Below are positions 27,064 through 36,791 of a stretch of DNA of 64,000 bases, in pieces (the stretch's first letter is position 1; every line of letters starts with the position of its first letter). Source of the stretch: Alphaproteobacteria bacterium (GTDB lineage: Bacteria; Pseudomonadota; Alphaproteobacteria; MPNO01); assembly GCA_963667285.1 (NCBI GenBank), contig OY763326.1, positions 3,055,546 through 3,119,545 of the forward strand. Reading direction: 5' to 3'. The translations under genes and the position numbers were made by a program. The notes under the pieces are model-generated. The model did no database searches. It saw nothing but the letters and a program-made list of their open reading frames with translations, and was not told where the DNA came from.

Positions 27064-27858
27064 TTGCAGGATTCGTCGTTCACGCATCGTGAATTGCTCG
27101 GCCCCCGGTCGTTCGCCGTCCAGGGGTCGGTGCTCGCCTGCCTGATCGCGCTGTTCGCCTTCATCGGCCCGTTCGGGACCTACGATTCGCTCGGCGCGGC
27201 GGGACGCCTCGGCTACTGGGCGCTGGCGCTCGGCGCCAACTGGCTGGTCTGCGGCAGCGTCATGATCCTGACCCTGCGCCTCGCCGCTTCCGCTTCCCGA
27301 CGGGGCCTGGCGCTGGCGATGGCGGGCGCCGCCCTGGTGGCGGCGGTTCCCGGCACCGCCGTCGTCCTCACCGCCGAAACCCTGTTCCGGCCGGGCTACG
27401 AGGGCGGCAACGCGCTCGCGACGATCTATCCCGGCGTGGCCGTGCTGATGATGGCGATCAGCTTCCTCGTCGTCGGCGTGCTCGCCCGCGTGCAGACGGC
27501 CGCCGGGGACGCCGCGTCATCGGCCGCGGGCGATGACGGGCGCGAGACCGTGCGCTTCCTCGACCGCCTGCCGCCGGAACTCGGCCGCGATCTGGTGTAT
27601 CTTCGCATGTCGGATCACTACGTCGAGGCGTTCACCACCGCCGGCTCGACGCTGGTGCTGATGCGTTTCGCCGATGCGGTGGCGGAACTCGAAGGCGCCG
27701 GCGGGCTGCGCGTCCACCGGTCCTACTGGGTCTCGCGGCGCCATGTGACCGGGGCGGCGCGCCGCAACGGTCGCACCGTATTGGGCCTGACCGGCGGACA
27801 CGAGGCCCCGGTCAGCCGGGGCTACCTGGCGGCGGTCCGCGCCGCCGGTCTGGCGTGA
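27064..27858 (+). CDS. LytTR-family DNA-binding protein with N-terminal membrane domain
   Basis: The C-terminal LytTR domain reads RVHRSYWVSRRHV...GGHEAPVSRGY. The N-terminus is hydrophobic. The start is uncertain (TTG at 27064). Confidence 0.65.
   Translation: MQDSSFTHRELLGPRSFAVQGSVLACLIALFAFIGPFGTYDSLGAAGRLGYWALALGANWLVCGSVMILTLRLAASASRRGLALAMAGAALVAAVPGTAVVLTAETLFRPGYEGGNALATIYPGVAVLMMAISFLVVGVLARVQTAAGDAASSAAGDDGRETVRFLDRLPPELGRDLVYLRMSDHYVEAFTTAGSTLVLMRFADAVAELEGAGGLRVHRSYWVSRRHVTGAARRNGRTVLGLTGGHEAPVSRGYLAAVRAAGLA
27076..27090. promoter_or_regulatory. Palindrome TTCACGcatCGTGAA at the divergent promoter / 5' end of the LytTR gene
   Basis: Read from the sequence. It lies within the annotated TTG-start ORF, so the true start may be further downstream. 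Confidence 0.3.
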
Positions 27859-27934
27859 GCGAGGCCGGCAATCGACCCGCCAGCGCCGGTCGGCCGGCGG
27901 CTTTCCAATCGATGCCTCAGCCTCCTCATGTTGC

Positions 27935-28927
27935 TCGGAGCGGTACGAGTTCTGCAAGGACACGGATTTCGTCGTCGACAACCTCACCGGCGTCGAGACG
28001 CTGGAATATTCGCTCGATTCGGGCACCGAAGGCGGCATCACCGAACCCGCCTATCTGCGCCAGGTCGAGGCGTTCGCCGAATGGTTCCGCAAACAGCCCG
28101 AGGTGTCCCACGTCCAGGCCTTTCCCGACTTCATGAAGCGCCTGAACAAGAACCTGCACGGCGACGACCCGGATTTCTACCGGGTGCCCGACGACCCGGA
28201 CCTGTCCGCGCAATACCTGCTGCTCTACGAGCTGTCGCTGCCCTTCGGCAGGGATCTGAACAACCGGATCGATATCGGCAAGGCGGCGACCCGCATGACG
28301 GTCGTGATGCGGAGCCTCACCTCCCAGGCGCAGCGCGAGCTGGACGCGCGCGCCCAGGCGTGACTGCGGGCCAACGCTCCCGGTCTCGCGGCCGAGGCCT
28401 CGGGCGTCACCATCGTCTTCGCCCATCATTCCCAGCGCAACATCGAGAGCATGCCGACCGGCACGATCGTCGCGATGGCGCTCATTTCGCTGATCCTGGT
28501 CTTCGTGTTCCGGAGCCTGCGGGTCGGCCCGCTGAGCCTGGTGCCGAATTTCATCCCCGCCGCGATGAGCCTCGGCCTCTGGGGCTTTATGGTCGGCCGC
28601 GTGGGCCTCGCCGGTTCGGTGATGACCGCCATCGCGTTCGGGATCGTGGTCGACGACACGATCCATTTCCTGACCAAGTACCTCAAGGCGAGGCGCGAAG
28701 GCCGCGACGCCCCCGAGGCGGTGCGCTCCGCCTTCCGCGCCGTCGGCCACGCCCTGTGGACCACCACCGCCGTGCTCGCGCTCGGCTTCCTGGTGTTCGC
28801 CTCGTCCGGTTTCGAGGTCAGCTGGGCGCTCGGCCTCCTGGTCTCGCTCACGATCGTCTTCGCGCTGCTCGCGGATTTCCTGCTCCTGCCGCCCTTGTTG
28901 ATGGCTCTCGATCGGAGGAAGTCGTGA
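27935..28927 (+). pseudogene. RND-superfamily exporter (MMPL/HpnN-like), C-terminal ~330 aa only, with in-frame TGA
   Basis: The frame is continuous from 27791 to 28927 except for a TGA at 28361..28363 in the context QA-W-LRANAP, a likely TGG->TGA change. The C-terminal transmembrane bundle ends ...LLPPLLMALDRRKS. The N-terminal ~450 aa are absent. Confidence 0.65.
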
Positions 28928-29361
28928 TTCTCGCCCGTTCGACCCGGTCGGGCTCCTTCATGGGCAGCGCGTTTTCCTACGAGAATCTCGGCGCGCCGGA
29001 GGTGGAGAAATACAAGTACCGCCACCTGAAGGACGAAGCCTGCGGCGCGCTCGCCTGTTCGGTGGTGGAGACCGTGCCGGTCGAGAAGGGGCCGGGCTAC
29101 ACCAGGCAGATCGTCTGGCGCGACAAGGACGAGCTCCGGGTCTGGAAGATCGCCCATTTCGACCGCAAGAACGCGCATCTCAAGACGCTCGCGCTGGGCG
29201 AGTGCCGGCGCCATCCGGACCGCTACTGGCGCGCCTCCGAGATGACGATGGAGAACCATCTGACGGGCAAGAGCACGATCATGCGCTGGTCCGACTTCGC
29301 GTTCCGCGCCAGGCTGTCGGACCGCGACTTCAGCCAGTCCAGCCTGAAACGCGCGCGCTGA
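28924..29361 (+). pseudogene. LolA-like outer-membrane lipoprotein-sorting family protein, C-terminal half only
   Basis: The fragment ...GSAFSYENLGAPEVEKYKY... matches the C-terminal part of LolA-like partners of RND exporters. There is no signal peptide or N-terminal half. It starts immediately at the RND stop. Confidence 0.5.
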
Positions 29362-29449
29362 CGCGAATCGGCGGCGGTCCGCCCGGGCCTGTGCTTTGCC
29401 GGCGGCGGGGTGGTATCCTGCCGTCCCGTAGTCATCTGCCCATCCGGTC

Positions 29450-30469
29450 ATGAGCGGAATCGAGCAAGCGAACGGTCACAAGCCGCTGTCCCTGGCGCAT
29501 CTGGTCGACCCCAATATCGGGCGCGTCACGCGGCCCGACCCGGCGGATTACCGCTTCGAGCTGGCCGACGTGCTGCGCTCGGTCGTGCAGCTCCGCTCGC
29601 AGGCGCCGGAGGATGCGTTCAGCTCGTCCTATCTGGGTACCGAGCGCGAAGGCAACGCGATCCTGGTGGGCGAGGACAATTTGTTCCTCACCATCGGCTA
29701 TCTGATCGCCGAGGCCGAGCACATCGTCCTCGGTTCGGAACAGACCGGCGCGACCCGCGCCCAGGTGCTCGCCTACGATTACGAGACCGGGTTCGGCCTG
29801 CTGCGCGGCGGCTCCGCGCTCGGCGCGAGCCCCATCGCGCTCGGCGACACGGCCGGGTTCAAGGAAAAGGACTGGCTGGTCGCGGCCGCCCGGGGAGGTC
29901 TGGAGAACGCCATCAAGGCGCAGGTCGTTTCCAAGCGGGAATTCGCCGGCTACTGGGAATACCTGCTCGACGAGGCGATATTCACCGCACCGCCGCACCC
30001 CCACTGGAGCGGCGCGGCGCTGATCGACGGCGACGGCCGGCTGGTCGGGCTGGGCTCGCTCTTCGTCCAGGACGCGGCGCCCGGCGGCGGGCCGAGCGCG
30101 GGCAACATGTTCGTCCCGATCGATCTCTACAAGGAAACCGTGGACGACCTGCTGCGCTACGGCCGGCGCCCGGGCCCCAGCCGGCCCTGGCTCGGCATCT
30201 ACAGCGTCGAGGCGCTGGGCCGGGTGCTGATCACCTCGATCTCCGAGCGCGGCCCCTGCGCCGGGTCGGACGTCGAGCCGGGCGACGTCGTGCTGGCGGT
30301 CAATGACGACAACATCGAATCCATGGCCCAGATGTATCGCCGGGTCTGGGGTATCGGCCCCGCCGGGTCGACGGTGACCCTCAAGCTGCTGCGCGATGGC
30401 GAGGTGCATACCGTCGACGTGGTCTCGGCGGAGCGGGACAGGGTGATGAAGAACCCGCGCACGCACTAG
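29450..30469 (+). CDS. S1C (trypsin-like, DegP/HtrA-related) serine protease with PDZ domain
   Basis: A trypsin-like core (HWSGAALIDGDGRLVG) is followed by a C-terminal PDZ-like region. Confidence 0.8.
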   Translation: MSGIEQANGHKPLSLAHLVDPNIGRVTRPDPADYRFELADVLRSVVQLRSQAPEDAFSSSYLGTEREGNAILVGEDNLFLTIGYLIAEAEHIVLGSEQTGATRAQVLAYDYETGFGLLRGGSALGASPIALGDTAGFKEKDWLVAAARGGLENAIKAQVVSKREFAGYWEYLLDEAIFTAPPHPHWSGAALIDGDGRLVGLGSLFVQDAAPGGGPSAGNMFVPIDLYKETVDDLLRYGRRPGPSRPWLGIYSVEALGRVLITSISERGPCAGSDVEPGDVVLAVNDDNIESMAQMYRRVWGIGPAGSTVTLKLLRDGEVHTVDVVSAERDRVMKNPRTH

Positions 30470-30498
30470 GCTCCGCGCCGCCTCACGGGCGTTCCGCC

Positions 30499-33084
30499 AT
30501 GAACCGCACGCTGCAAACCCTGATCGACGATCTGCAGCGCTTCGGCGATGCCCCGGCGGTCATCGCCTTCACCGAGGCGGGCATGGAAACCCGCAGCTAT
30601 CGCGGCCTGCACCGCGACGCGCTCGCGCTCGCCGGCGGGCTGATCGGGCGCGGCCTCGGCCACGGCGTTCGGGTCGGCGTGATCGGCGTCAACAGCGACC
30701 CGCACGTGGTGCTGCGCCTCGCGCTCGCCGCGGTCGGCGCGGTCGCGGTTCCGCTCGACGACATGGGATCGCCGGAGGAGTTCCGCCGGGCGCTGGCGGA
30801 TAGCGGGGCGCGGGCGCTGTTCGCCGACCGGCAGGTCTTGGACCAACTCCCCGAGGCGGCAATCCGTGACCTGGCCGGCGTCTGGCGCCTCGACGGCGCC
30901 GGTACCGGCGCATCCGCGCACTGGTCGACGCTGCTCGGCGAAGCGCCGGAGGGGCTTCCCGCGGTCGCGCCGGAAGACCTCGCCGCGATCATCTACACCT
31001 CGGGCACCACCGGGGTGGCCAAGGGCGTGCCCCTGACCCACGGCAATTTCATGTTCAACGTCGAGGCCCTGGCCGAGGGCGGGTTCGTCGACACGAGCGA
31101 CCGGGCCGCGCTGCCCTTGCCGCTCCACCACGCCTATCCCTTCATGGCCGGGCTGATGGTGCCGTTCGCCTGCGGCTCGACCGTAATCCTCCCGAGCGCG
31201 CCCACCGGACCCGATGTCGCGACCGCGCTCCGCGAAGCCCGCGCGACCGTCATGCTGGGCGTGCCGCGGCTCTACGAGGCCCTGGTCGAGGGGATCGGCG
31301 GGAGGCTCGCGGACGGCGTTGCCGGCAAGCTGTTCGGCGCCCTCTGGCGGGTTTCCACGGCGGTCTCGCGCAGCGGCGGCCCGCGCCTCGGCAGGTGGCT
31401 GATGTGGCCGGTGCGCCGCCGCTTCGCGCCCCGGCTGCGCATGGTGGTCTCGGGCGGCGCCAAGCTAGACGAGGCGGTCGCCTGGCGCCTCGAAGGTCTC
31501 GGCTTCCAGGTGCTCACCGGCTACGGGCTGGTCGAGACCTCGTCGGTCACCACCTACAACCGCTACGGCGCCGGACGCATCGGCACCGAGGGCAGGCCGG
31601 TCGAGGGCAGCGAGCTGCGCATCGCCGATGCCGACGAGGAAGGGATCGGCGAGGTGCAGATCCGCGGCCCGCACGTGTTCGCGGGCTATTTCAACGACAG
31701 CGCGACCACCGCCTCCGTGTTCGCCGAAGACGGCTGGTTCCGCTCCGGCGATCTCGGCCGCATCGACGCCGACGGCTCGCTGGTGGTCACCGGGCGCAGC
31801 AAGGACGTGATCGTGTTGTCCGGCGGCAAGAATATCGGCCCCGAGGAAGTCGAGACCGCGCTCGCCGCGAGCCCGCTGATCGCCGAGGCCGCGGTGTTCG
31901 AGCGCGACGGCGGCCTCGCCGCCCTCATCGTCCCGGACGAGGACGGGCTGCGCCAGGCGCAGACCCGGAGGCTCGACGACGCGATCCGCATCGCCGTCAC
32001 CGAGGCCGGCGCCGAGCTCGCGCCGTACAAGCGGGTGACGTCCTACCGCATCCATCGCGAGCCGTTGCCGCGAACCCGGCTGAGCAAGCTCCGCCGGTTC
32101 CGCCTGCCCGCGCTGTTCGACGCCGCGGGCGGCCGCGAGGCCGGAGGGGGACGCGCGGCGGAGGATGCGACGCTTGCCGCGGACCCCCGGGCGGTCCGTG
32201 TCCTCGGGCTGATGCGCGCCCGCTTCGCCGACGACCCGATCGACTTCTCGACCAGCCCGCAGCTCGACCTCGGGGTCGATTCGCTCGCCTGGCTGGAGAT
32301 CGCGCAGGAGATCGAGGGCGCGCTCGGCGTCTCGCTCGCCCCCGACGCGCTGGCCGAGGTGGTGACGCTCGCCGATCTCGTCCGCGCCGCCATCGCCGCG
32401 CCCGAGGCGGCGCCCGAAGCCCCGGCGGACATCGTCCTGCCCGCGCCGCCGCGCTGCGTCGGGCGCTGCGTCGGCTGGACGGCCTGGTGGCTCAACCGGC
32501 TGGTCATGAAGGCGGCGTTCGGCGTCCGGCGCAGCGGCCCGGTCCCCGATGCCGGCCGGCCGGTGATCCTGATCGCCAACCATGCCAGCGATCTCGATCC
32601 GCTGGTGCTGGCGGCGGCGCTCCCCTGGCGGGTGTTCGACGGACTCTGGTGGAGCGCCGACAAGGCCCGCGTGTTCGAATCGTCCACGCTGAGCTGGCTC
32701 GCCCGCGTCGCCCGGCTGTTTCCGGTCGACGACCGCAGCCCCGCCGAGGGGCTCGCCATCGCCGGCGGGCTGATCGACCGCGGCGACAGCGTGGTCTGGT
32801 TCCCCGAATCCTGGCGCTCCCCGGACGGGCGGCTCCAGGGTTTCATGCGCGGGATCGGCATGGTGCTCTCGCAACGCCAGGCCGCCCTGGCGCCAGCCTA
32901 TATCGCGGGGACCTTCGCGGCGCTGCCGCGCCACCGGCGCTGGCCCCGGCTGCGGCGGGTGAGCGTCCATTTCGGCGAGCCGGCGGTCTCCCCGCCGGAG
33001 GCCCGGACGATCGACGCCGCGGTCGCCGCCGCCCGCGCACTCGTCGCCGATCTGGAAACGCGCTATGGTGCGGCGGAGGATTGA
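30499..33084 (+). CDS. Tri-domain acyl-[ACP] synthetase (AMP-binding) - ACP - lysophospholipid acyltransferase (PlsC-like)
   Basis: The AMP-binding motifs are YTSGTTGVAKGV and GYGLVETS. The phosphopantetheine attachment motif is LGVDSLAWLEI. The acyltransferase motifs are NHASDLD (HX4D) and FPESWRS. Confidence 0.85.
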   Translation: MNRTLQTLIDDLQRFGDAPAVIAFTEAGMETRSYRGLHRDALALAGGLIGRGLGHGVRVGVIGVNSDPHVVLRLALAAVGAVAVPLDDMGSPEEFRRALADSGARALFADRQVLDQLPEAAIRDLAGVWRLDGAGTGASAHWSTLLGEAPEGLPAVAPEDLAAIIYTSGTTGVAKGVPLTHGNFMFNVEALAEGGFVDTSDRAALPLPLHHAYPFMAGLMVPFACGSTVILPSAPTGPDVATALREARATVMLGVPRLYEALVEGIGGRLADGVAGKLFGALWRVSTAVSRSGGPRLGRWLMWPVRRRFAPRLRMVVSGGAKLDEAVAWRLEGLGFQVLTGYGLVETSSVTTYNRYGAGRIGTEGRPVEGSELRIADADEEGIGEVQIRGPHVFAGYFNDSATTASVFAEDGWFRSGDLGRIDADGSLVVTGRSKDVIVLSGGKNIGPEEVETALAASPLIAEAAVFERDGGLAALIVPDEDGLRQAQTRRLDDAIRIAVTEAGAELAPYKRVTSYRIHREPLPRTRLSKLRRFRLPALFDAAGGREAGGGRAAEDATLAADPRAVRVLGLMRARFADDPIDFSTSPQLDLGVDSLAWLEIAQEIEGALGVSLAPDALAEVVTLADLVRAAIAAPEAAPEAPADIVLPAPPRCVGRCVGWTAWWLNRLVMKAAFGVRRSGPVPDAGRPVILIANHASDLDPLVLAAALPWRVFDGLWWSADKARVFESSTLSWLARVARLFPVDDRSPAEGLAIAGGLIDRGDSVVWFPESWRSPDGRLQGFMRGIGMVLSQRQAALAPAYIAGTFAALPRHRRWPRLRRVSVHFGEPAVSPPEARTIDAAVAAARALVADLETRYGAAED

Positions 33085-33097
33085 AGCGGGAGACGGC

Positions 33098-33988
33098 ATG
33101 CCGCGCGAAGAACACATTTCCTTCCAGTCGGACGGGCTCACCCTGCGCGGTATCCTGCATCTGCCGGACGACATGGCGCCGGGCGAACGCCGCCCGGCCT
33201 TCCTGGTCCTGCACGGTTTCGGCGGCAACAAGACGTCCGGCAACTGCCTGCTGCCCTGCCGGATGCTGACCGGCCTCGGCTACGTCACGCTGCGCTTCGA
33301 CATGCGAGGCTGCGGCGAGAGCGACGGCGAATTCGGCCGGATCATCTGCCTGGAACAGGTCGAGGACACCAAGGCGGCGCATGGCTGGCTGGCGACGCGT
33401 CCGGAAGTCGAGCCCGACCGCATCGGCGCGCTCGGTTCGAGCTTCGGCGCGGCGGTCTCGGTCTACACCGCCGGCGTCCATGAGGGGATCGCGGCGGTGA
33501 TCTCGTCGGGCGGGTGGGGCGACGGCGCGCGCAAGTTCCGCGGCCAGCACCCGACCCCGGAAGCGTGGAAGAAGTTCACCGACATGCTCGAAGCCGGCAA
33601 GCGCCACCGCGAACGGACCGGCGAGTCTCTGATGGTGCCGCGCTACGACATCGTGCCGATACCCGATCATCTCAGGAACAATCTCGCCGCCAACTCGGTC
33701 AGCGAGTTCCCCGCCGAGACGGCCCAGTCGATGTACGATTTCGTCGCCGACGACGTGGTCGGCAACATCGCGCCCAGGCCGCTGCTCCTGCTGCACAGCT
33801 CGGTGGATTCGGTCACCCCGACCGAGCAGTCGATCGAGATGTTCAAGCGCGCCGGCCAGCCCACCGATCTGCACCTGACCGCGGACACCGATCATTTCAT
33901 GTTCGCCGAGAGCAATGTGCGGGTGCGGCGCGTGATCGAGGATTGGCTGGAATCCTATTTTCCCGCGCACGCGCCGGTGGCCGCCTGA
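33098..33988 (+). CDS. Alpha/beta hydrolase (lipase/esterase-like, GSSFG nucleophile elbow)
   Basis: The ATG (MPREEHISF) follows a GGAGA SD. Motifs HGFGGN and GSSFG are present. Confidence 0.8.
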   Translation: MPREEHISFQSDGLTLRGILHLPDDMAPGERRPAFLVLHGFGGNKTSGNCLLPCRMLTGLGYVTLRFDMRGCGESDGEFGRIICLEQVEDTKAAHGWLATRPEVEPDRIGALGSSFGAAVSVYTAGVHEGIAAVISSGGWGDGARKFRGQHPTPEAWKKFTDMLEAGKRHRERTGESLMVPRYDIVPIPDHLRNNLAANSVSEFPAETAQSMYDFVADDVVGNIAPRPLLLLHSSVDSVTPTEQSIEMFKRAGQPTDLHLTADTDHFMFAESNVRVRRVIEDWLESYFPAHAPVAA

Positions 33989-34016
33989 GCCGGTACGCCT
34001 ATCGAGGAGAGACGCC

Positions 34017-34529
34017 ATGATGCCTCCGATCAAGAGCCTGCATCACTGGGCCTATCGCTGCCGCGACGCCGAGCAGACCCGGCATTTCTACGAGGACGTG
34101 CTCGGCCTCCCGCTGGCCCACGTGGTCTCGGCCGACATCGTGCCGAGCACCGGCGAGTACTCGCCCTATGTCCACATCTTCTTCGAGATGGCGGACGGCT
34201 CCTATGTCGCCTTCTTCGATCTCGGCGACGGCGAGATCACCCAACGCGACCCCGGCACGCCGCGCTGGGTCAACCACCTCGCGCTCGAGGTGGAGAACGA
34301 GGCGGCGCTGGAGACCGCCAAGGCGCGGCTGGAAGCGGAAGGCGTCGACGTGCTCGGCGTGACCGACCACGGCTTCGTCAAGTCGATCTACTTCTTCGAC
34401 CCCAACGACATCCGGCTCGAGCTCACCTGCCGGGTCTCGGGCAAGGCGGAGCTCGAGAAGAAGGCGGCCGAGGCGCACGAGCTTCTGGCCCGGTGGACCA
34501 ACCGGCCGGAGCGGGTCGCCGCCGAATAG
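34017..34529 (+). CDS. VOC family protein (glyoxalase/extradiol dioxygenase fold)
   Basis: Starts HHWAYRCRDAEQTRHFYEDVLGL and has a typical VOC N-terminus. Confidence 0.8.
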   Translation: MMPPIKSLHHWAYRCRDAEQTRHFYEDVLGLPLAHVVSADIVPSTGEYSPYVHIFFEMADGSYVAFFDLGDGEITQRDPGTPRWVNHLALEVENEAALETAKARLEAEGVDVLGVTDHGFVKSIYFFDPNDIRLELTCRVSGKAELEKKAAEAHELLARWTNRPERVAAE

Positions 34530-34586
34530 GGGCCCCTCGGCTTCGCTCGGGACCGGCCACGCGCGGTAGCGCGGGGCCGGCGCGCC

Positions 34587-35204
34587 TCATCGTTCGGCGG
34601 GCAGCACCCCGGTCATCGCGTCGATCCAGCCCGCATCGACGTCCAGCGTCCCGAGCTCGGCTGCGGCTTCCGCCCTGGTCTGGGTGACCATCGGGATCAC
34701 CCCCGGGGCCTCGCCCTCTGCCGGATGGCAGCACGCCTCCAGCCGGATCCCGTTGGGATCCCTGAAATAGATCGAGACCATGCCGGGCAGGATGTCGACC
34801 GGCCCGTCGAAGGGAACGCCGTGCTCGGTCAGCCGCCGCTGGATCTCCGCGAACCGTTCCGCCGTCACCACGAAGGCGCAATGCTGCATGCCGCCGATGG
34901 CGTCGCGGTCCGATTGCGGCATCTCCCCCTTGGGGATCTCGAAGAACGCGAGCAGGCTGTCGTTGCCCATGTCGAAGAAATAGTGCCGGATGCATTCCCA
35001 GGGCGGGTTGCCGCGATTGCCGGGCCCGGTGCCGACGCCCTCCGGGACCTTCATCGCATGCACCAGCGGCATGCCGACGACGTTCACGAAGAACTCGGTG
35101 GTCGCCTTCATGTCCTCGGTGGTCAGCGCGAGATGATGCACGCCGCGGGTGACGACGTCATAGCCGGCCGCCTGGGCCGGCGCGGGCGCTCCGGAATCGG
35201 CCAT
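34587..35204 (-). CDS. VOC family protein
   Basis: Begins GVHHLALTTEDMKATTEFF...; convergent with the previous gene. Confidence 0.8.
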   Translation of the reverse strand: MADSGAPAPAQAAGYDVVTRGVHHLALTTEDMKATTEFFVNVVGMPLVHAMKVPEGVGTGPGNRGNPPWECIRHYFFDMGNDSLLAFFEIPKGEMPQSDRDAIGGMQHCAFVVTAERFAEIQRRLTEHGVPFDGPVDILPGMVSIYFRDPNGIRLEACCHPAEGEAPGVIPMVTQTRAEAAAELGTLDVDAGWIDAMTGVLPAER

Positions 35205-35290
35205 GTCGATACCTCTCGGGGTCCAGTTGCTGCGGGAACTCTAGAACATTTCCACACCAAGGCGAACCGGCATCCGGCTGCCGTGACGGG

Positions 35291-36775
35291 TCAGGTCGGG
35301 AGCCGGGTCGCCTGGGCACGCCGGTATATCGCTTCGAGAGCGGGGGCGAGCCGGCGGGCTCCGGCCTCCATCGCCGGCACGCAATCCCGCAGATAGCGTT
35401 CGCCCGCTTCGCGGATCTCGTCGCGCAGCGCGTCTTCGTCCACCGTCAGGATCTTGCGGTCGAGCATGACAACCCGGCCGTCCACGATCGAGGTCTTCAC
35501 CGCCTCCGACGTCGCCGAGAAGGCGAGCTGGCGGATCGGGTCGACCAGCGGGACGAAGCCCCAATGATCGCGGTCGAGCAGGATCAGGTCGGCCCGCATG
35601 CCGGGCTCGATCCTTCCCGTCTCGTCGGCCATCAGCCCCGTCCGGGCTCCCGCCGAGGTCGCCATGTCGAACACTTCGTCGGCGGAGACCCAGGACGCGT
35701 GGTCCGGATTGCCCGGTTTGTGGATCAGGCTCGCCGCCCTGATCGCCTCCACGAGATCGGCGGTGTCGCTGGTCGCCAGGCCGTCGGTGCCGAGCGCCAC
35801 GTCGATCCCGGCGTCCAGCAGCTTGCGCACAGGACAGGTGCCGCTGCCGAGCTTCATGTTGGACAGCGGGTTGTGGACCGCCGAGCAGCCGTGCGCGGAG
35901 AGCCGCGCGATGTCGTCCTCGGTGAGCCAGATCGCATGGACCAGCGTGCTGCGCGGTCCGAGAAGCCCCATGCTTTCCATGAAGGCCACCGCGGTCATGC
36001 CCCAGGCCTGTTGGGCGTGGATCGCCTGCAGCCTGGTCTCCAGCGTGTGGCAGTGGATCGGAATGTGGCGCTCTTCCGACAGCGCGGCGATCCGGCGCAG
36101 GAGGTCGGGCGTGCAGCGCTGCGGCCCGCAGGGGGCCAGCACGATGCGGATCCGGCCGTCGTGCCCGTGCCAGCGCTCGAACTGGCGCTCGAACAGGGCG
36201 GTCTGCGCATCTGCATCGGCGCCGCCCATGGCCGCGAGCTCGTGGTGGATCGCCTCCGGTATCAGCTCGTCCGCCCACGGCAGGCACGCCCGCAAAGGCT
36301 GGTCCCACATGTCCACCGTCACCCAGGCCCGGAGGCCCGCATCCGCGTAAGCCCGGATCGCCGCGTCCATCGCGTCCGGCGTGGCCGGCGGATGCACATA
36401 GTCGTCCTGGACGGTCGTCACGCCGGCGCGGATCGATTCGATGGCCGCCAGCATGGTTCGCAGGTAATAGTCGCGCTCCGTCAGGATCGGAAAGCCGAAA
36501 GGCGGGTAACTCTCGCCGAGCCAGATTTCGAGCGGCAGGTTGTCGTAGGCGCCCTGCTGGAACCCCTCGTTCGAGTGGAGATGGGCGTTCACCAGCCCCG
36601 GCATGACGATCCCGTTCGACGCGTCGACGACGGTTCCGTCGTACTCCCGCCCCTTGCCCGGTCCGATGGCGGAGATATGCGCGCCCTCGACCACGATGTC
36701 CGCGGTCTCGTAGCGGCGCGCCCCGGCGGCGCCGCGGACGACCAGGCCGTCGTTGACGATCAGCGTCCCGGCCAT
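35291..36775 (-). CDS. Amidohydrolase (SsnA / 8-oxoguanine deaminase / chlorohydrolase subfamily)
   Basis: The metal-binding motif is PGLVNAHLHS. At 494 aa it is in the TRZ/ATZ-like family. Confidence 0.8.
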   Translation of the reverse strand: MAGTLIVNDGLVVRGAAGARRYETADIVVEGAHISAIGPGKGREYDGTVVDASNGIVMPGLVNAHLHSNEGFQQGAYDNLPLEIWLGESYPPFGFPILTERDYYLRTMLAAIESIRAGVTTVQDDYVHPPATPDAMDAAIRAYADAGLRAWVTVDMWDQPLRACLPWADELIPEAIHHELAAMGGADADAQTALFERQFERWHGHDGRIRIVLAPCGPQRCTPDLLRRIAALSEERHIPIHCHTLETRLQAIHAQQAWGMTAVAFMESMGLLGPRSTLVHAIWLTEDDIARLSAHGCSAVHNPLSNMKLGSGTCPVRKLLDAGIDVALGTDGLATSDTADLVEAIRAASLIHKPGNPDHASWVSADEVFDMATSAGARTGLMADETGRIEPGMRADLILLDRDHWGFVPLVDPIRQLAFSATSEAVKTSIVDGRVVMLDRKILTVDEDALRDEIREAGERYLRDCVPAMEAGARRLAPALEAIYRRAQATRLPT

Positions 36776-36791
36776 TCGCGTCGCCCGCCGG

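Noticed and set aside
28361-28363. In-frame TGA in the RND ORF as a selenocysteine codon
   Set aside because: The gene lacks its N-terminal two-thirds and start. The position aligns with a Trp (TGG) context. No obvious hairpin follows. It is treated as a nonsense mutation in a pseudogene.
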